Of a stretch of DNA of 64,000 bases, positions 28,254-37,861 are shown in pieces. The stretch lies in NCBI GenBank assembly GCA_963664325.2, contig CAXXDQ010000007.1, forward strand, positions 256,001-320,000, in the 5' to 3' direction. Within the stretch, counting starts at the first letter, position 1; every line of letters begins with the position of its first letter. Source of the stretch: Desulfomonilia bacterium (lineage in GTDB: Bacteria; Desulfobacterota; Desulfomonilia; UBA1062). The notes under the pieces are model-generated. The model saw only the letters and a program-made list of their open reading frames with translations. It searched no databases and was not told the DNA's origin. The position numbers and the translations under genes were made by a program.

Positions 28254-29824
28254 GGATGGACTATAAAGAACAGTCAAACGGGATAGATATCGGGGCATTG
28301 CTGGCGCCGGCAGTCATAATCATTACAGCCGCCGCACTTTTCATAAATATCGGCATCCCGTCACTTTGGGGCTCCGAAGGCCGCTGGGCTGTTATTGCAC
28401 GCTGCATGTTCAGGACCAATGACCTATTCCATCCGATGCTCGGCAATTACCCCTACTGGGACAAGCCCCTTTTATCATACTGGCAGGTCATCCCTTTCGG
28501 GTACATCTTCGGCGGCGTAAACGAGGCCGCCTCCCGCATGCCCTCGGTCATCTGGGCGGTTATCTGGCTAATTCTCACATATTCGACGGCATCGAGGCTT
28601 GCAGGAAAAAAAGCGGCATCTCTGTCAATGCTGGCGCTGGCATGCAGCTACGGGTTCATGTTCTGGGGCAGGAACGCGCAGGTCGAGATGTCCAATGCAG
28701 CCGTCATCATGCTGGCCATATGGTATTTCCTCAGGCACAAGGATGATCCTGGAAAGGTATGGTTCTTTGTCCTTGCAGTGATAACCTCTCTGGGCGCAAA
28801 CCTGAAAGGCCTGCCTGCAATTGGAGCGCCCGCACTGGCAATTCTTCTGGCCTCCCTTGTCATGAAGGACTGGAAATGGTTTCCCAAGCCTCATATCCTC
28901 TTTTCTGCGATAATTCTCGGACTTATTGTGTTTATTTCAATCCCTGCTCTGGCGACTGCCGTTACCGGTTCATGGGAGCCTCTCAACCTTGTCTGGAAAG
29001 AAAACGTGGTCAGGTTCTTTTCGCCCTTTGACCATAAAGACCCTTTTTATGTCTATTTCATAAGGATTTTCGACCTGTTCGCACCCTGGTCCATTCTACT
29101 TCCCGCAGCGTTAGTGTACATCTTCCGCAGGGAAAGATTTACAAGTGAGGGCATAAAAACCGTTCTGCTCTATTTCGCCGGGATATTCCTGTTCTTCACC
29201 TTATCGGGCTCACGCAGGTCATATTACATACTGCCCGCACTGCCCTTTGCAGCAATTGCTGTCGGCATTTTTCTTTCCGAAATTGAAAACGCCGTCACAT
29301 CCAGGGGCTATCGCATTTTCTTTATGATTTCAGGCCTCCTGTTCTCTTTATGCCTTATTGCGCCGGTCTTCATCCTAACAATAAAACCCGGTCTCATTCC
29401 TGTTGCAAACGTGAAGAGCCTCATGCCCGTTGCGGCAATGCTGTTTGTAATAGGCATATACACAGGCTTTTATTCCATCAGGATAAAGCCCGTACCTGTT
29501 CTGGCTGGAGTGCTCTCTGCCTGGATTATCTATGCGGCGGGTATAATTCCCTTTATCTCAGACCTGCCCGGAAACATACGTGCAGAGGCAAATATGCTTA
29601 AGAAAACTGAAAGGCAGGTCTCATACCTTTCAACGGACGACGCCAAGATAATCTTTTATCTGGACAAGCCTTACACGGTGTTTGCGGAAACAAGTCAGGC
29701 AAAGACATGGGCTCTGAATACGCACGGAATCATCCTGGCCCATGATGAAGTCAGGGAGCCCGGCTGGAATAAAATGTATGAAGTAGGCAAATGCATTGCC
29801 TACGAAATAGGAGACGAGAAATGA
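28250..29824 (+). CDS. ArnT/GT83 family glycosyltransferase 3 (divergent)
   Basis: LWGSEGRWA, YWDKPLLSYW, LKG, DHKDPFYVY, SRRSYYILP. Confidence 0.82.
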   Translation: MRMDYKEQSNGIDIGALLAPAVIIITAAALFINIGIPSLWGSEGRWAVIARCMFRTNDLFHPMLGNYPYWDKPLLSYWQVIPFGYIFGGVNEAASRMPSVIWAVIWLILTYSTASRLAGKKAASLSMLALACSYGFMFWGRNAQVEMSNAAVIMLAIWYFLRHKDDPGKVWFFVLAVITSLGANLKGLPAIGAPALAILLASLVMKDWKWFPKPHILFSAIILGLIVFISIPALATAVTGSWEPLNLVWKENVVRFFSPFDHKDPFYVYFIRIFDLFAPWSILLPAALVYIFRRERFTSEGIKTVLLYFAGIFLFFTLSGSRRSYYILPALPFAAIAVGIFLSEIENAVTSRGYRIFFMISGLLFSLCLIAPVFILTIKPGLIPVANVKSLMPVAAMLFVIGIYTGFYSIRIKPVPVLAGVLSAWIIYAAGIIPFISDLPGNIRAEANMLKKTERQVSYLSTDDAKIIFYLDKPYTVFAETSQAKTWALNTHGIILAHDEVREPGWNKMYEVGKCIAYEIGDEK

Positions 29825-30942
29825 GTGAATTCATTCCCATGAGCAGGCCTTTCATAGGCGAAGAAGAAATCGATGAAGTAGCCAAAGTTCTCAGAAGCGG
29901 CTGGATTACGACAGGACCCAAGTGCAAGGAATTCGAGGATATATACGCATCTCTCACCGGAGCCAAAGAAGGGATCGCCCTTGTCTCGGCAACGGCCGGG
30001 ATGCACCTGAGCCTCAAAGCGCTAGGAATAGGTCCTGGAGACGAGGTCATCACGCCTTCCATGACGTTTGCCTCGACCGTAAACCAGATAGCTCTGGCAG
30101 GCGCGAAGCCGGTGTTTGCAGACTGCGATTATGACACGCTGATGGTAAAACCCCATGATATAGCACGGCTGATAACAAAAAAGACAAAAGCGATCATCCC
30201 GGTGCATTTTGCAGGAGCGCCGGCAGACATTGATGCCATTGAGGCCGCTGCCGGAAACATCCCGGTTATAGAAGACGCGGCGCATGCCATAGACACCCAT
30301 TACAAGGGCAGACATATAGGTTCGAAAAATCTGTCGATCTTTTCGTTCCATCCCATCAAGAACATAACAACGACTGAAGGCGGCATGATAACCGGAAACG
30401 ATGAAAAACTCATGAAGCGCATCAGGATATTGAGGTTCCACGGTATAGAGCGCGATGCATGGAAACGCTACGGTAAAGGTTCAGACCCTAACTATGACAT
30501 CGCGGAACCCGGCTATAAATACAATATGACCGACGTGCAGGCTGCCATAGGCATCGCCCAGATGAAGAAGCTTGATATAATAACCAGGAAACGTCAGGAC
30601 ATAGCAAAGGCTTATCTGTCAGGCATGAAAAACATCAAGGGCATTGACCTGCCCGGTGCTCCTCCATACGAGCACATGCATTCCTGGCACCTCTTTGTCG
30701 TAAAGGTGATCAAAATGAGCCGGGGCGAATTCATGGCTGCTCTCGCCGAGGAGAACATCGGCTACGGCCTTCATTTTCCCGCATGCCATACCCTTAAATA
30801 CGTCAAAGAATTGTTCGGCGAAACGAATCTGCCTGTTACGGAAGAGGTCTCGGAAAAAATCCTGAGTCTGCCGATATATCCATCCATGACGGATCAGGAG
30901 GTGACGAGCGTAATCGATGCAGTAAAAAGGATACTCGGGTGA
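29821..30942 (+). CDS. arnB: UDP-4-amino-4-deoxy-L-arabinose aminotransferase (DegT/DnrJ family)
   Basis: SGWITTGPK, IEDAAHA, SFHPIKNITTTEGG, GYKYNMTD; arn context. Confidence 0.9.
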   Translation: MSEFIPMSRPFIGEEEIDEVAKVLRSGWITTGPKCKEFEDIYASLTGAKEGIALVSATAGMHLSLKALGIGPGDEVITPSMTFASTVNQIALAGAKPVFADCDYDTLMVKPHDIARLITKKTKAIIPVHFAGAPADIDAIEAAAGNIPVIEDAAHAIDTHYKGRHIGSKNLSIFSFHPIKNITTTEGGMITGNDEKLMKRIRILRFHGIERDAWKRYGKGSDPNYDIAEPGYKYNMTDVQAAIGIAQMKKLDIITRKRQDIAKAYLSGMKNIKGIDLPGAPPYEHMHSWHLFVVKVIKMSRGEFMAALAEENIGYGLHFPACHTLKYVKELFGETNLPVTEEVSEKILSLPIYPSMTDQEVTSVIDAVKRILG

Positions 30943-31868
30943 AGAAAGGGATTATCTTCACAGTAATCCTCGCTGTAATAGCTTTTACAACGATCGGAAT
31001 GTGGGGCGACGTACTGAAGGCCGGCAGCGGGCTCAAGAATTTTCCATGGTATCTGATACCGTTCATAGCCTTTTTCGGCTTTATGAACGATATGATCAAA
31101 TTCGGAAGGTGGCATATATATCTTAAGAAAATGGGCTATGAAATAACCCTGAAAGAGAGCCTTGTGATATTTGTTTCAGGCCTTTCAATGAGCGCAACTC
31201 CGGGCAAGATAGGCCTCTTGATAAAAAGCCAGATGCTTAAAAAATTATCCGGCCGGTCGTTCATCTCATCGACCCCGGTTATTGCAGCCGAACTCTATAT
31301 GGACATGATCGGTCTGAGCGTCATTTCACTCCTTGCGCTGGGCCTGTTTGCAAAAGGGATGTGGGCTGCAATCGTCCTCTGCATACTGCCGCTTCTGGCA
31401 TTAAATCAGAGGTTTTCCGATTTCTGCATAGACATGCTGGCTAAAATCCCGGCCTTAAGGAACAGGGCGCATGATCTCAAAAAGGCAGTTGACGACATGT
31501 TCGGACTCTTCGGGCTCAGAACATTACTAGCCTCATTCAGCATAACGCTACTTGCATGGACAAGCGAGGGAGTGGCTCTCACGCTTATTCTTGACGGCCT
31601 CGGTTATGACATGGGAATAATCAAATCAACCGCAGTATTCGGCTTTTCAACATTGATAGGTGTCGTTTCCATGCTGCCGGGAGGGCTTATCGTTACTGAT
31701 GCAGGCCTGATGGGGCTCATTATTCATGAAGGCATTCCTTCCGGGGCTGCCGCCGTTGCAACCATCATGGCAAGGGTGTTCACACTGTGGCTGGCGGTGG
31801 CAGTCGGAAGCATTGTGCTTGTGATAAACAGAAAATATATATACGGAAGTATCCGGGAGGCTCAATAA
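30939..31868 (+). CDS. UPF0104/lysylphosphatidylglycerol synthase TM (flippase-like) protein
   Basis: RW...L, TPGKIG, LPGGL, RVFTLW; polytopic; GTG start. Confidence 0.8.
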   Translation: MKKGIIFTVILAVIAFTTIGMWGDVLKAGSGLKNFPWYLIPFIAFFGFMNDMIKFGRWHIYLKKMGYEITLKESLVIFVSGLSMSATPGKIGLLIKSQMLKKLSGRSFISSTPVIAAELYMDMIGLSVISLLALGLFAKGMWAAIVLCILPLLALNQRFSDFCIDMLAKIPALRNRAHDLKKAVDDMFGLFGLRTLLASFSITLLAWTSEGVALTLILDGLGYDMGIIKSTAVFGFSTLIGVVSMLPGGLIVTDAGLMGLIIHEGIPSGAAAVATIMARVFTLWLAVAVGSIVLVINRKYIYGSIREAQ

Positions 31869-31869
31869 A

Positions 31870-32814
31870 GTGGATAAAATATCAGTGGTTATTCCGGTCT
31901 ATAACGAGGAAAAAGGCCTTGGAATGCTTTTTGACAGGCTTGTGCCGGTAATGGAAGGCATGCACAGGGACTACGAGGTCGTACTTGTCGATGACGGGAG
32001 TTCCGACAATTCACTTGAAATTCTTAAAGCTCGCGCCAGCGAGAAAATCAGGATAGTCGAACTCACAAGGAATTACGGCCAGCATGCAGCCGTTTTTGCA
32101 GGCTTTGAAAGCAGCACGGGACAGATCGTCATCACCATGGACGCCGACCTTCAGAATCCGCCGGAAGAAATTCCCAGGCTCGTTGATACGATGGAGGAGG
32201 GAAACTACGAAGTCGTCGGAACAGTGAGGCAGGCCCGCAAGGACTCTATATTCAGGAAGCTGCCGAGCAGGGTTGTAAACGGCTGGGCCAGAAAAATCAC
32301 AGGCGTGAACCTGAACGACTGGGGATGCATGCTCAGGGCCTACAGGCGTGAAGTCGTAGATATGATGGTCAAGAGCCAGGAACACTCGACCTTTATCCCG
32401 GCCCTGGCCATGACCTTTGCAAAAAATGTCACTGAAATAGAGGTGGCCCACGAGGAAAGGTTTGCCGGTGAATCGAAGTATTCGATAGCAAAGCTCGTAT
32501 CCCTGCAGTTTGATCTAGTTACCTCGTTTTCAGATTTTCCCTTAAAGCTTCTGCTTTACACTGGCATATTCCTGGCCATTGCAGGCACTTCGCTGGGTAT
32601 AATATTGTTTATCGCAAGGTTTTATTTCGGTGCCGACTGGGCGGCCCAGGGCGTATTCACGCTGTTCGCTGTCCTGTTCTTCTTCATAGGCGCACAATTC
32701 CTTGCATTCGGAATCATGGGGGAATATGTGGGCAGGATATACCGTGAGGTCAAGAAGCGTCCGCCGTATTCAATAAGGAGGATATATGAAGGCGATAGTC
32801 TTCGCATACCATAA
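31870..32814 (+). CDS. arnC: Undecaprenyl-phosphate 4-deoxy-4-formamido-L-arabinose transferase (GT2)
   Basis: VIPVYNE, VDDGSSD, RNYGQHAA, MDADLQNPPEEIP, two C-terminal TM helices. Confidence 0.92.
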   Translation: MDKISVVIPVYNEEKGLGMLFDRLVPVMEGMHRDYEVVLVDDGSSDNSLEILKARASEKIRIVELTRNYGQHAAVFAGFESSTGQIVITMDADLQNPPEEIPRLVDTMEEGNYEVVGTVRQARKDSIFRKLPSRVVNGWARKITGVNLNDWGCMLRAYRREVVDMMVKSQEHSTFIPALAMTFAKNVTEIEVAHEERFAGESKYSIAKLVSLQFDLVTSFSDFPLKLLLYTGIFLAIAGTSLGIILFIARFYFGADWAAQGVFTLFAVLFFFIGAQFLAFGIMGEYVGRIYREVKKRPPYSIRRIYEGDSLRIP

Positions 32815-33697
32815 CATGGGGGTTACCGGGATAACGAAGCTGCTTGAACACGGCTTTTCCATCCCGATGGTTTTCACCCATGAAGACAACCCTGATGAAA
32901 ACGTCTGGTTCGGCTCTGTTCAGCAGTTGTGCAAGGACAAGGGCATTGAATTTGTAACGCCTTCAAGCCCTAACACACCTGAATGGACAGGAAAAATCGG
33001 TGAAATGAAACCTGATTATATTTTCAGTTTCTATTACCGCTACATGATTTCCGGAGACATCCTGTCAATACCGCGTTACGGGGCCTACAACCTGCACGGC
33101 TCCCTTCTGCCCAAATTCCGGGGCCGCTGCCCGGTCAACTGGGTTATAATAAAGGGAGAAACCGAGACGGGTGTTACGCTGCATGAAATGGAAGTCAAGC
33201 CCGATGCAGGGGCTATAGTAGCCCAGAGGCGCGTTCCGATCGCATTTGACGATACGGCGCATTCGCTTTTCGGGAAACTCCAAGATGAGGCGGCCCTGAT
33301 GCTGGATGAATGCCTGCCGGACATGGCAAAAGGCATAATAAGCAAAACGCCGCAGGACCTGGGCAAAGGTTCCTATTTCGGAGGAAGAAAACCCGAAGAC
33401 GGAAAGATAGACTGGGATGCACCCGCTGTTCAGATATACAACCTGGTGCGCGGTGTTACCCGTCCCTACCCCGGGGCCTACTCTTCGCTCGGAGAGGAAA
33501 AAATACTTTTCTGGAAGGCCGCGGCCGGAGAAACGGATGTTTCTGCGCCGGGAATGATAGAAATAAATGACACCGTCATTATCGGTTCAGGAAAAGGTTC
33601 TTTAATCCCGATAGAAATAGAAATAAAAGGAAAAACGCTGGCTGGAGATGATCTTCGCCGGTTCTTTAAAAATCATGAAGGAGAAAGATTGACATGA
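32786..33697 (+). CDS. arnA: ArnA formyltransferase domain as a stand-alone protein
   Basis: [43 protein letters not shown]. Confidence 0.9.
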   Translation: MKAIVFAYHNMGVTGITKLLEHGFSIPMVFTHEDNPDENVWFGSVQQLCKDKGIEFVTPSSPNTPEWTGKIGEMKPDYIFSFYYRYMISGDILSIPRYGAYNLHGSLLPKFRGRCPVNWVIIKGETETGVTLHEMEVKPDAGAIVAQRRVPIAFDDTAHSLFGKLQDEAALMLDECLPDMAKGIISKTPQDLGKGSYFGGRKPEDGKIDWDAPAVQIYNLVRGVTRPYPGAYSSLGEEKILFWKAAAGETDVSAPGMIEINDTVIIGSGKGSLIPIEIEIKGKTLAGDDLRRFFKNHEGERLT

Positions 33698-34716
33698 GAG
33701 TACTTATTATCGGTGTAAACGGTTTTATCGGCTCGCATTTAAGCGCAACAATCATGCGCGACACGGACTGGGAAGTTTACGGAATGGACCTGCGCGACGA
33801 CAAGCTTGTAATGGCAGGCGTTGCAGGCAACAGCCGCTTCCATTTCGTTGAAGGCGACATAGCCATAAACAAGGAATGGATCGAATACCACATCAAGAAG
33901 TGCGACGCAGTGCTCCCTCTTGTTGCCATCGCCACACCTAAAACATACGTGGAAAATCCGCTGGGCGTGTTTGAACTGGATTTCGAGGAAAATCTGAGGA
34001 TAGTCCGCCAGTGCGTAAAATATAAAAAACGGGTAATATTTCCATCCACCTCGGAGGTCTATGCAATGTGTTCAGATCCCGAATTCAAGGAAGACGAGTC
34101 AAACTTCATCCTTGGCCCCATCAACAAGCAGCGCTGGATATATTCCTGCTCCAAGCAGCTCATGGACAGGGTCATCTGGGCCTACGGGGAAAAAGGGCTT
34201 CTCGATTTCACGCTTTTCAGGCCGTTCAACTGGGTCGGGCCAAGGCTTGATTCCATCGAGACGGCAAAGGAAGGTTCTTCCCGCGTCGTAACGCAATTTA
34301 TTGCTTCCCTTGTCTTCAAGGAGCCGATAGTCCTTGTCGACGGCGGCAAGCAGAGCAGGTCTTTCACCTATATAGATGACGGCATAAATGCACTGATGCG
34401 CATTATCAAAAACGAGGGCGGCAAGGCATCGGGGCAGATATTCAATATCGGGAACCCTGCAAACAACTGCTCGATAAAAGACCTGGCTGAAAAGCTGCTT
34501 GCCATGTTCAAGGATCATCCTGCACACAAAAAGGACAAGAAATTTTCCAATATTGTCATTCAGGATGCCAACAAGTTTTATGGCAAGAGCTACCAGGACA
34601 TACAGACAAGGGTGCCTTCAATTAAAAAGGCAAAGGAAATTCTGGGCTGGTCTCCTAAGGTCAAACTTGATGATGCCCTTAAACTCACGCTGAACGCATT
34701 TCTTGAGGAACTATAG
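33694..34716 (+). CDS. arnA: ArnA UDP-glucuronate dehydrogenase/decarboxylase domain as a stand-alone protein
   Basis: [55 protein letters not shown]. Confidence 0.93.
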   Translation: MRVLIIGVNGFIGSHLSATIMRDTDWEVYGMDLRDDKLVMAGVAGNSRFHFVEGDIAINKEWIEYHIKKCDAVLPLVAIATPKTYVENPLGVFELDFEENLRIVRQCVKYKKRVIFPSTSEVYAMCSDPEFKEDESNFILGPINKQRWIYSCSKQLMDRVIWAYGEKGLLDFTLFRPFNWVGPRLDSIETAKEGSSRVVTQFIASLVFKEPIVLVDGGKQSRSFTYIDDGINALMRIIKNEGGKASGQIFNIGNPANNCSIKDLAEKLLAMFKDHPAHKKDKKFSNIVIQDANKFYGKSYQDIQTRVPSIKKAKEILGWSPKVKLDDALKLTLNAFLEEL

Positions 34717-34817
34717 AATCCAGTAGACAGAAGACAGGAGTCAGGAGGGAATCATCAGAGAATAAAACATCCGGGAAGTTAAAAAGGTTTTATTCTGACT
34801 TCTGTCTACTTGCTACT
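34715..34817. repeat. Inverted heptamer-repeat element
   Basis: AGAATCC AGTAGAC AGAAGAC AGGAGTC on the left, mirrored by TATTCT GACTTCT GTCTACT on the right (13/14 bp inverted match). Confidence 0.65.
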
Positions 34818-34839
34818 GATCACTTATCAAGGATTATTA

Positions 34840-35694
34840 ATGGCTGATCTGGCGCTGAAAGTTGACATCGATACATATAAAGGATTCAGGGACGGGCTCC
34901 CTTCCCTTCTTAAAACCCTTGGTGAGCGCAGGCTCAAGGCAAGCTTTTTCATAACCTTCGGGCCGGACCGTTCAGGCCTTGCAATATTCCAGATGCTAAG
35001 GCCGCGCTTTTTTATGAAAATGATTAAATCCAATGCCCCCGGTACATACGGCATTGAAACAGCCCTTTATGGTACTCTGCTGAAGGCGCCCCTGATTGCC
35101 TCGGCATATCCCGATGAAGTCCTGCAGATTGCGGAACTCGGCCATGAGACCGCCTGCCATGCATGGGACCACAGGCTCTGGCAGGACTGGCTTTTTCTGA
35201 TGGGCAAAAAGAGCATCCATGAGTGGTTTAAAAAAATGGTCGGCGCATACATTGATGCAACAGAAGCCGTTCCCGAGGCCTTCGGCGCCCCGGGATGGAT
35301 GATGAACACCCTGGCATTGAAAGAGACTGCCGGCTGGGGCTTTAAATATCTGAGCTGCACGCGTGCACAGGTCCCTTTCATCTTTGAGGAAAACGGCCTG
35401 CTCGAGATGCCCTCCAACCTGCCCTGCATTGAGGAAGTCGGAACAAACGGTGTTCTTGCGGCCCTTGAACAGAAAGCGGGAAGCGTTATCCCGCAGGTGC
35501 TGCCTGTACACACCGAGATTGAAGGCGGGGCCTTCAAAAGTGATTTTGAACTGATCCTGGATAAGGCCCTCGGACTTGGATACAGCATCAAAAAGCTATG
35601 TGATGTGGCGGAAACGCTCGACCGTTCAAAACTTCAAATACGCCCTCTCAGAAAAGCCCTGCTTGCCGGAAGGGCATTTGCCTGCTCTGTCTGA
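34840..35694 (+). CDS. arnD: 4-deoxy-4-formamido-L-arabinose-phosphoundecaprenol deformylase
   Basis: LKVDIDT, FFITFGPDRSG, LYGTLL, HAWDHRLWQ, HTEIEG. Confidence 0.88.
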   Translation: MADLALKVDIDTYKGFRDGLPSLLKTLGERRLKASFFITFGPDRSGLAIFQMLRPRFFMKMIKSNAPGTYGIETALYGTLLKAPLIASAYPDEVLQIAELGHETACHAWDHRLWQDWLFLMGKKSIHEWFKKMVGAYIDATEAVPEAFGAPGWMMNTLALKETAGWGFKYLSCTRAQVPFIFEENGLLEMPSNLPCIEEVGTNGVLAALEQKAGSVIPQVLPVHTEIEGGAFKSDFELILDKALGLGYSIKKLCDVAETLDRSKLQIRPLRKALLAGRAFACSV

Positions 35695-35753
35695 ACCTTT
35701 TAGTAGCTGACCCCGTTGTCAGCACCTGATAAATACTTGAACCGGTAATCTGT

Positions 35754-36776
35754 TTAACGGCGCAGTGCTTCCGGAATGCCTGACTCACATGGGACGCCGG
35801 TGGCACAAAGGCCGCAGCCGTAAATAAATATATGATACTTAGAATTGATGTATTCGAGGGAAGCGGCAACCTTCTTATAGCAGGTTTCCTTGTCGTGGGC
35901 CTTTTCTTTCGTAATGGCGTTCGCAGGACACCGTTTTGCGCATTTCAGGCACTCTATGCCCTGATAATGAAGGCAGTGCGCATGGATGTCGTCAGGCCGC
36001 TTATGGTTCGGCTCAAGCTTCAGGTTGACAACAAAGCTGCCGACACGGTGTGCAGAACCTTTTTCCGTAATCAGGAAGTCATGCATTCCGAAAGTGCCTA
36101 GCCCTGCAGCATAAGCGATATGGCGATGGGACCAGGGGGAAGCCCAGCCCACTACGGGATAGCGCTTCTTGTTGAACATGGGGGTCACGTCGGGCGCTAC
36201 GGCCAGGATTCCCTGGCTCATGAGCAAGGCCACGATTTCACGCACGAAAGTCTGGCTGAAAATTTCCCCCAGCAGCCGGCTCTGAGCCCACCGTTCCGAG
36301 GTCCAGTCTCTGGCCGAGGCATTGTCCTGTCTGGTATTCTGCGTAAACGGCATTACAAAAGAGACCACGCTGATATCCTCAGGCTCAGGCGGTTCGACTC
36401 CGTTCCTGTCTGCCTGCCATTTCATGATCTCCCAGGGAGTGAAATGATGCGGCCCGATGATTTTCTTGAACTGTTCAAATATCGGATCATCGCCTCGGAC
36501 AAACCCTACCAGCGGCTCCACATAGACAGGTTCACCGTAAAACGGGAATTCCATTGCATTTTCAGGATGGTCTGCAATCTTGTCCTTAATGGTCCTGATA
36601 AACCAGTCTTCATCAGGCATAAGTATTTCACGGCTTGCACATGCTTTTCTGTTCAGGACCGGCTGTTCGGGCAAAAACAATCCGCGCATCTCGCCCAGCG
36701 CATTTTTCATTCCTCCGATATCCGAAAGGAAGGAGAAGCGCCGGTACCGTTCTTTCATCCTCGGCCGTTTTGTCAT
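35754..36776 (-). CDS. Epoxyqueuosine reductase-like 4Fe-4S protein
   Basis: WSHRHIAYAAGLGTFG, CLKCAKRCPANA, CGLCATGVPC. Confidence 0.75.
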   Translation of the reverse strand: MTKRPRMKERYRRFSFLSDIGGMKNALGEMRGLFLPEQPVLNRKACASREILMPDEDWFIRTIKDKIADHPENAMEFPFYGEPVYVEPLVGFVRGDDPIFEQFKKIIGPHHFTPWEIMKWQADRNGVEPPEPEDISVVSFVMPFTQNTRQDNASARDWTSERWAQSRLLGEIFSQTFVREIVALLMSQGILAVAPDVTPMFNKKRYPVVGWASPWSHRHIAYAAGLGTFGMHDFLITEKGSAHRVGSFVVNLKLEPNHKRPDDIHAHCLHYQGIECLKCAKRCPANAITKEKAHDKETCYKKVAASLEYINSKYHIFIYGCGLCATGVPCESGIPEALRR

Positions 36777-36833
36777 GATTTAAATTAACCCCCCGTTCTT
36801 ATGGATACAAACATGCAAATAGTTGCACCAGAC

Positions 36834-37766
36834 CTAAGGTTTCATCCGGGCTCTGAATTTCAGGTAGTCCCGGGCGGTCTCGGCCGGCTGCTCGATCATG
36901 GGCAAATGGCCCAGGCCCTGCATTATGATGACCTCGGAATTCGGCATCAGATTGTGCAGGACTTCGGCCGTGGCGGGATTTATGGCGCGGTCCTTTTCCC
37001 CCCACACGATCAGGGCCGGCGTCTTAAGGCCGGTTACATATTTTTCAACGGAGTCGGTACTGATTGCCTTGAAAATGCGCTCCTCGAGCCTGTAGTTGCG
37101 GATTCGCTCCTGTGCCATCACATTCAGCATGGGCCTGGGGATAAAGGGAGGTTTGGCCATGACGAAGTAAAATATCCGGGCGAACTCGTTTTCGCTTCTG
37201 GCCATGAGTGGGTTTTCTCCTGTCCTGGCCAGTATTGTGTACACCTCACCTTGAGGCGCGCTCCATATTCCGCCCGGGTCCAGCAGCCAGAGGCTCTTGA
37301 CATCCCCGGGATACAATGCGGCATACATCAGTGAAATATGGCCGCCCATCGAGCTTCCCCCGAGGTGCATCCTGGTGATCCCCAGGGCCTGCGTAAAACT
37401 TCTTATCCGCGCCGCCTGAGCACCTGCCGTATAATCGGCATCCTGCGGATGGGATGATTCCCCGAAGCCGATGTGGTCCGGCACGATCACCCGGTAATGC
37501 GGGATCAGGAAGCGCGCGACCCTTGTGAAATTATCCTTGTCGGCGCCGAAGCCGTGCAGCAGCATGAGAACTTCACCCCGGCCGCCTTCCAGGTATGCGT
37601 AATGGAGTCCGCCCGGCAGATCGATCTCCTTGCGTGTGAGCCCGGAACGATGGCGCTCAAGATCCAATGCCAGCTTCGCTGCCTTTTGAGGTGCCAGATA
37701 AACAAATCCGACCACACCGAGCACAAATATTATGAAAAGCGCTACGACCGTTTTCAGAATACGCAT
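36834..37766 (-). CDS. Lipase-like alpha/beta hydrolase with N-terminal anchor
   Basis: LHGFGADKDN, GSSMGG, WGEKD, GHLPM. Confidence 0.88.
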   Translation of the reverse strand: MRILKTVVALFIIFVLGVVGFVYLAPQKAAKLALDLERHRSGLTRKEIDLPGGLHYAYLEGGRGEVLMLLHGFGADKDNFTRVARFLIPHYRVIVPDHIGFGESSHPQDADYTAGAQAARIRSFTQALGITRMHLGGSSMGGHISLMYAALYPGDVKSLWLLDPGGIWSAPQGEVYTILARTGENPLMARSENEFARIFYFVMAKPPFIPRPMLNVMAQERIRNYRLEERIFKAISTDSVEKYVTGLKTPALIVWGEKDRAINPATAEVLHNLMPNSEVIIMQGLGHLPMIEQPAETARDYLKFRARMKP

Positions 37767-37861
37767 ATTCGACCTCCCGTTATAATGGCATACCGGATGT
37801 ATGCATTTTGTTTCATTATGACTTCAACCCCTATAAAAACTTTAATGATATGTCTCCATTT

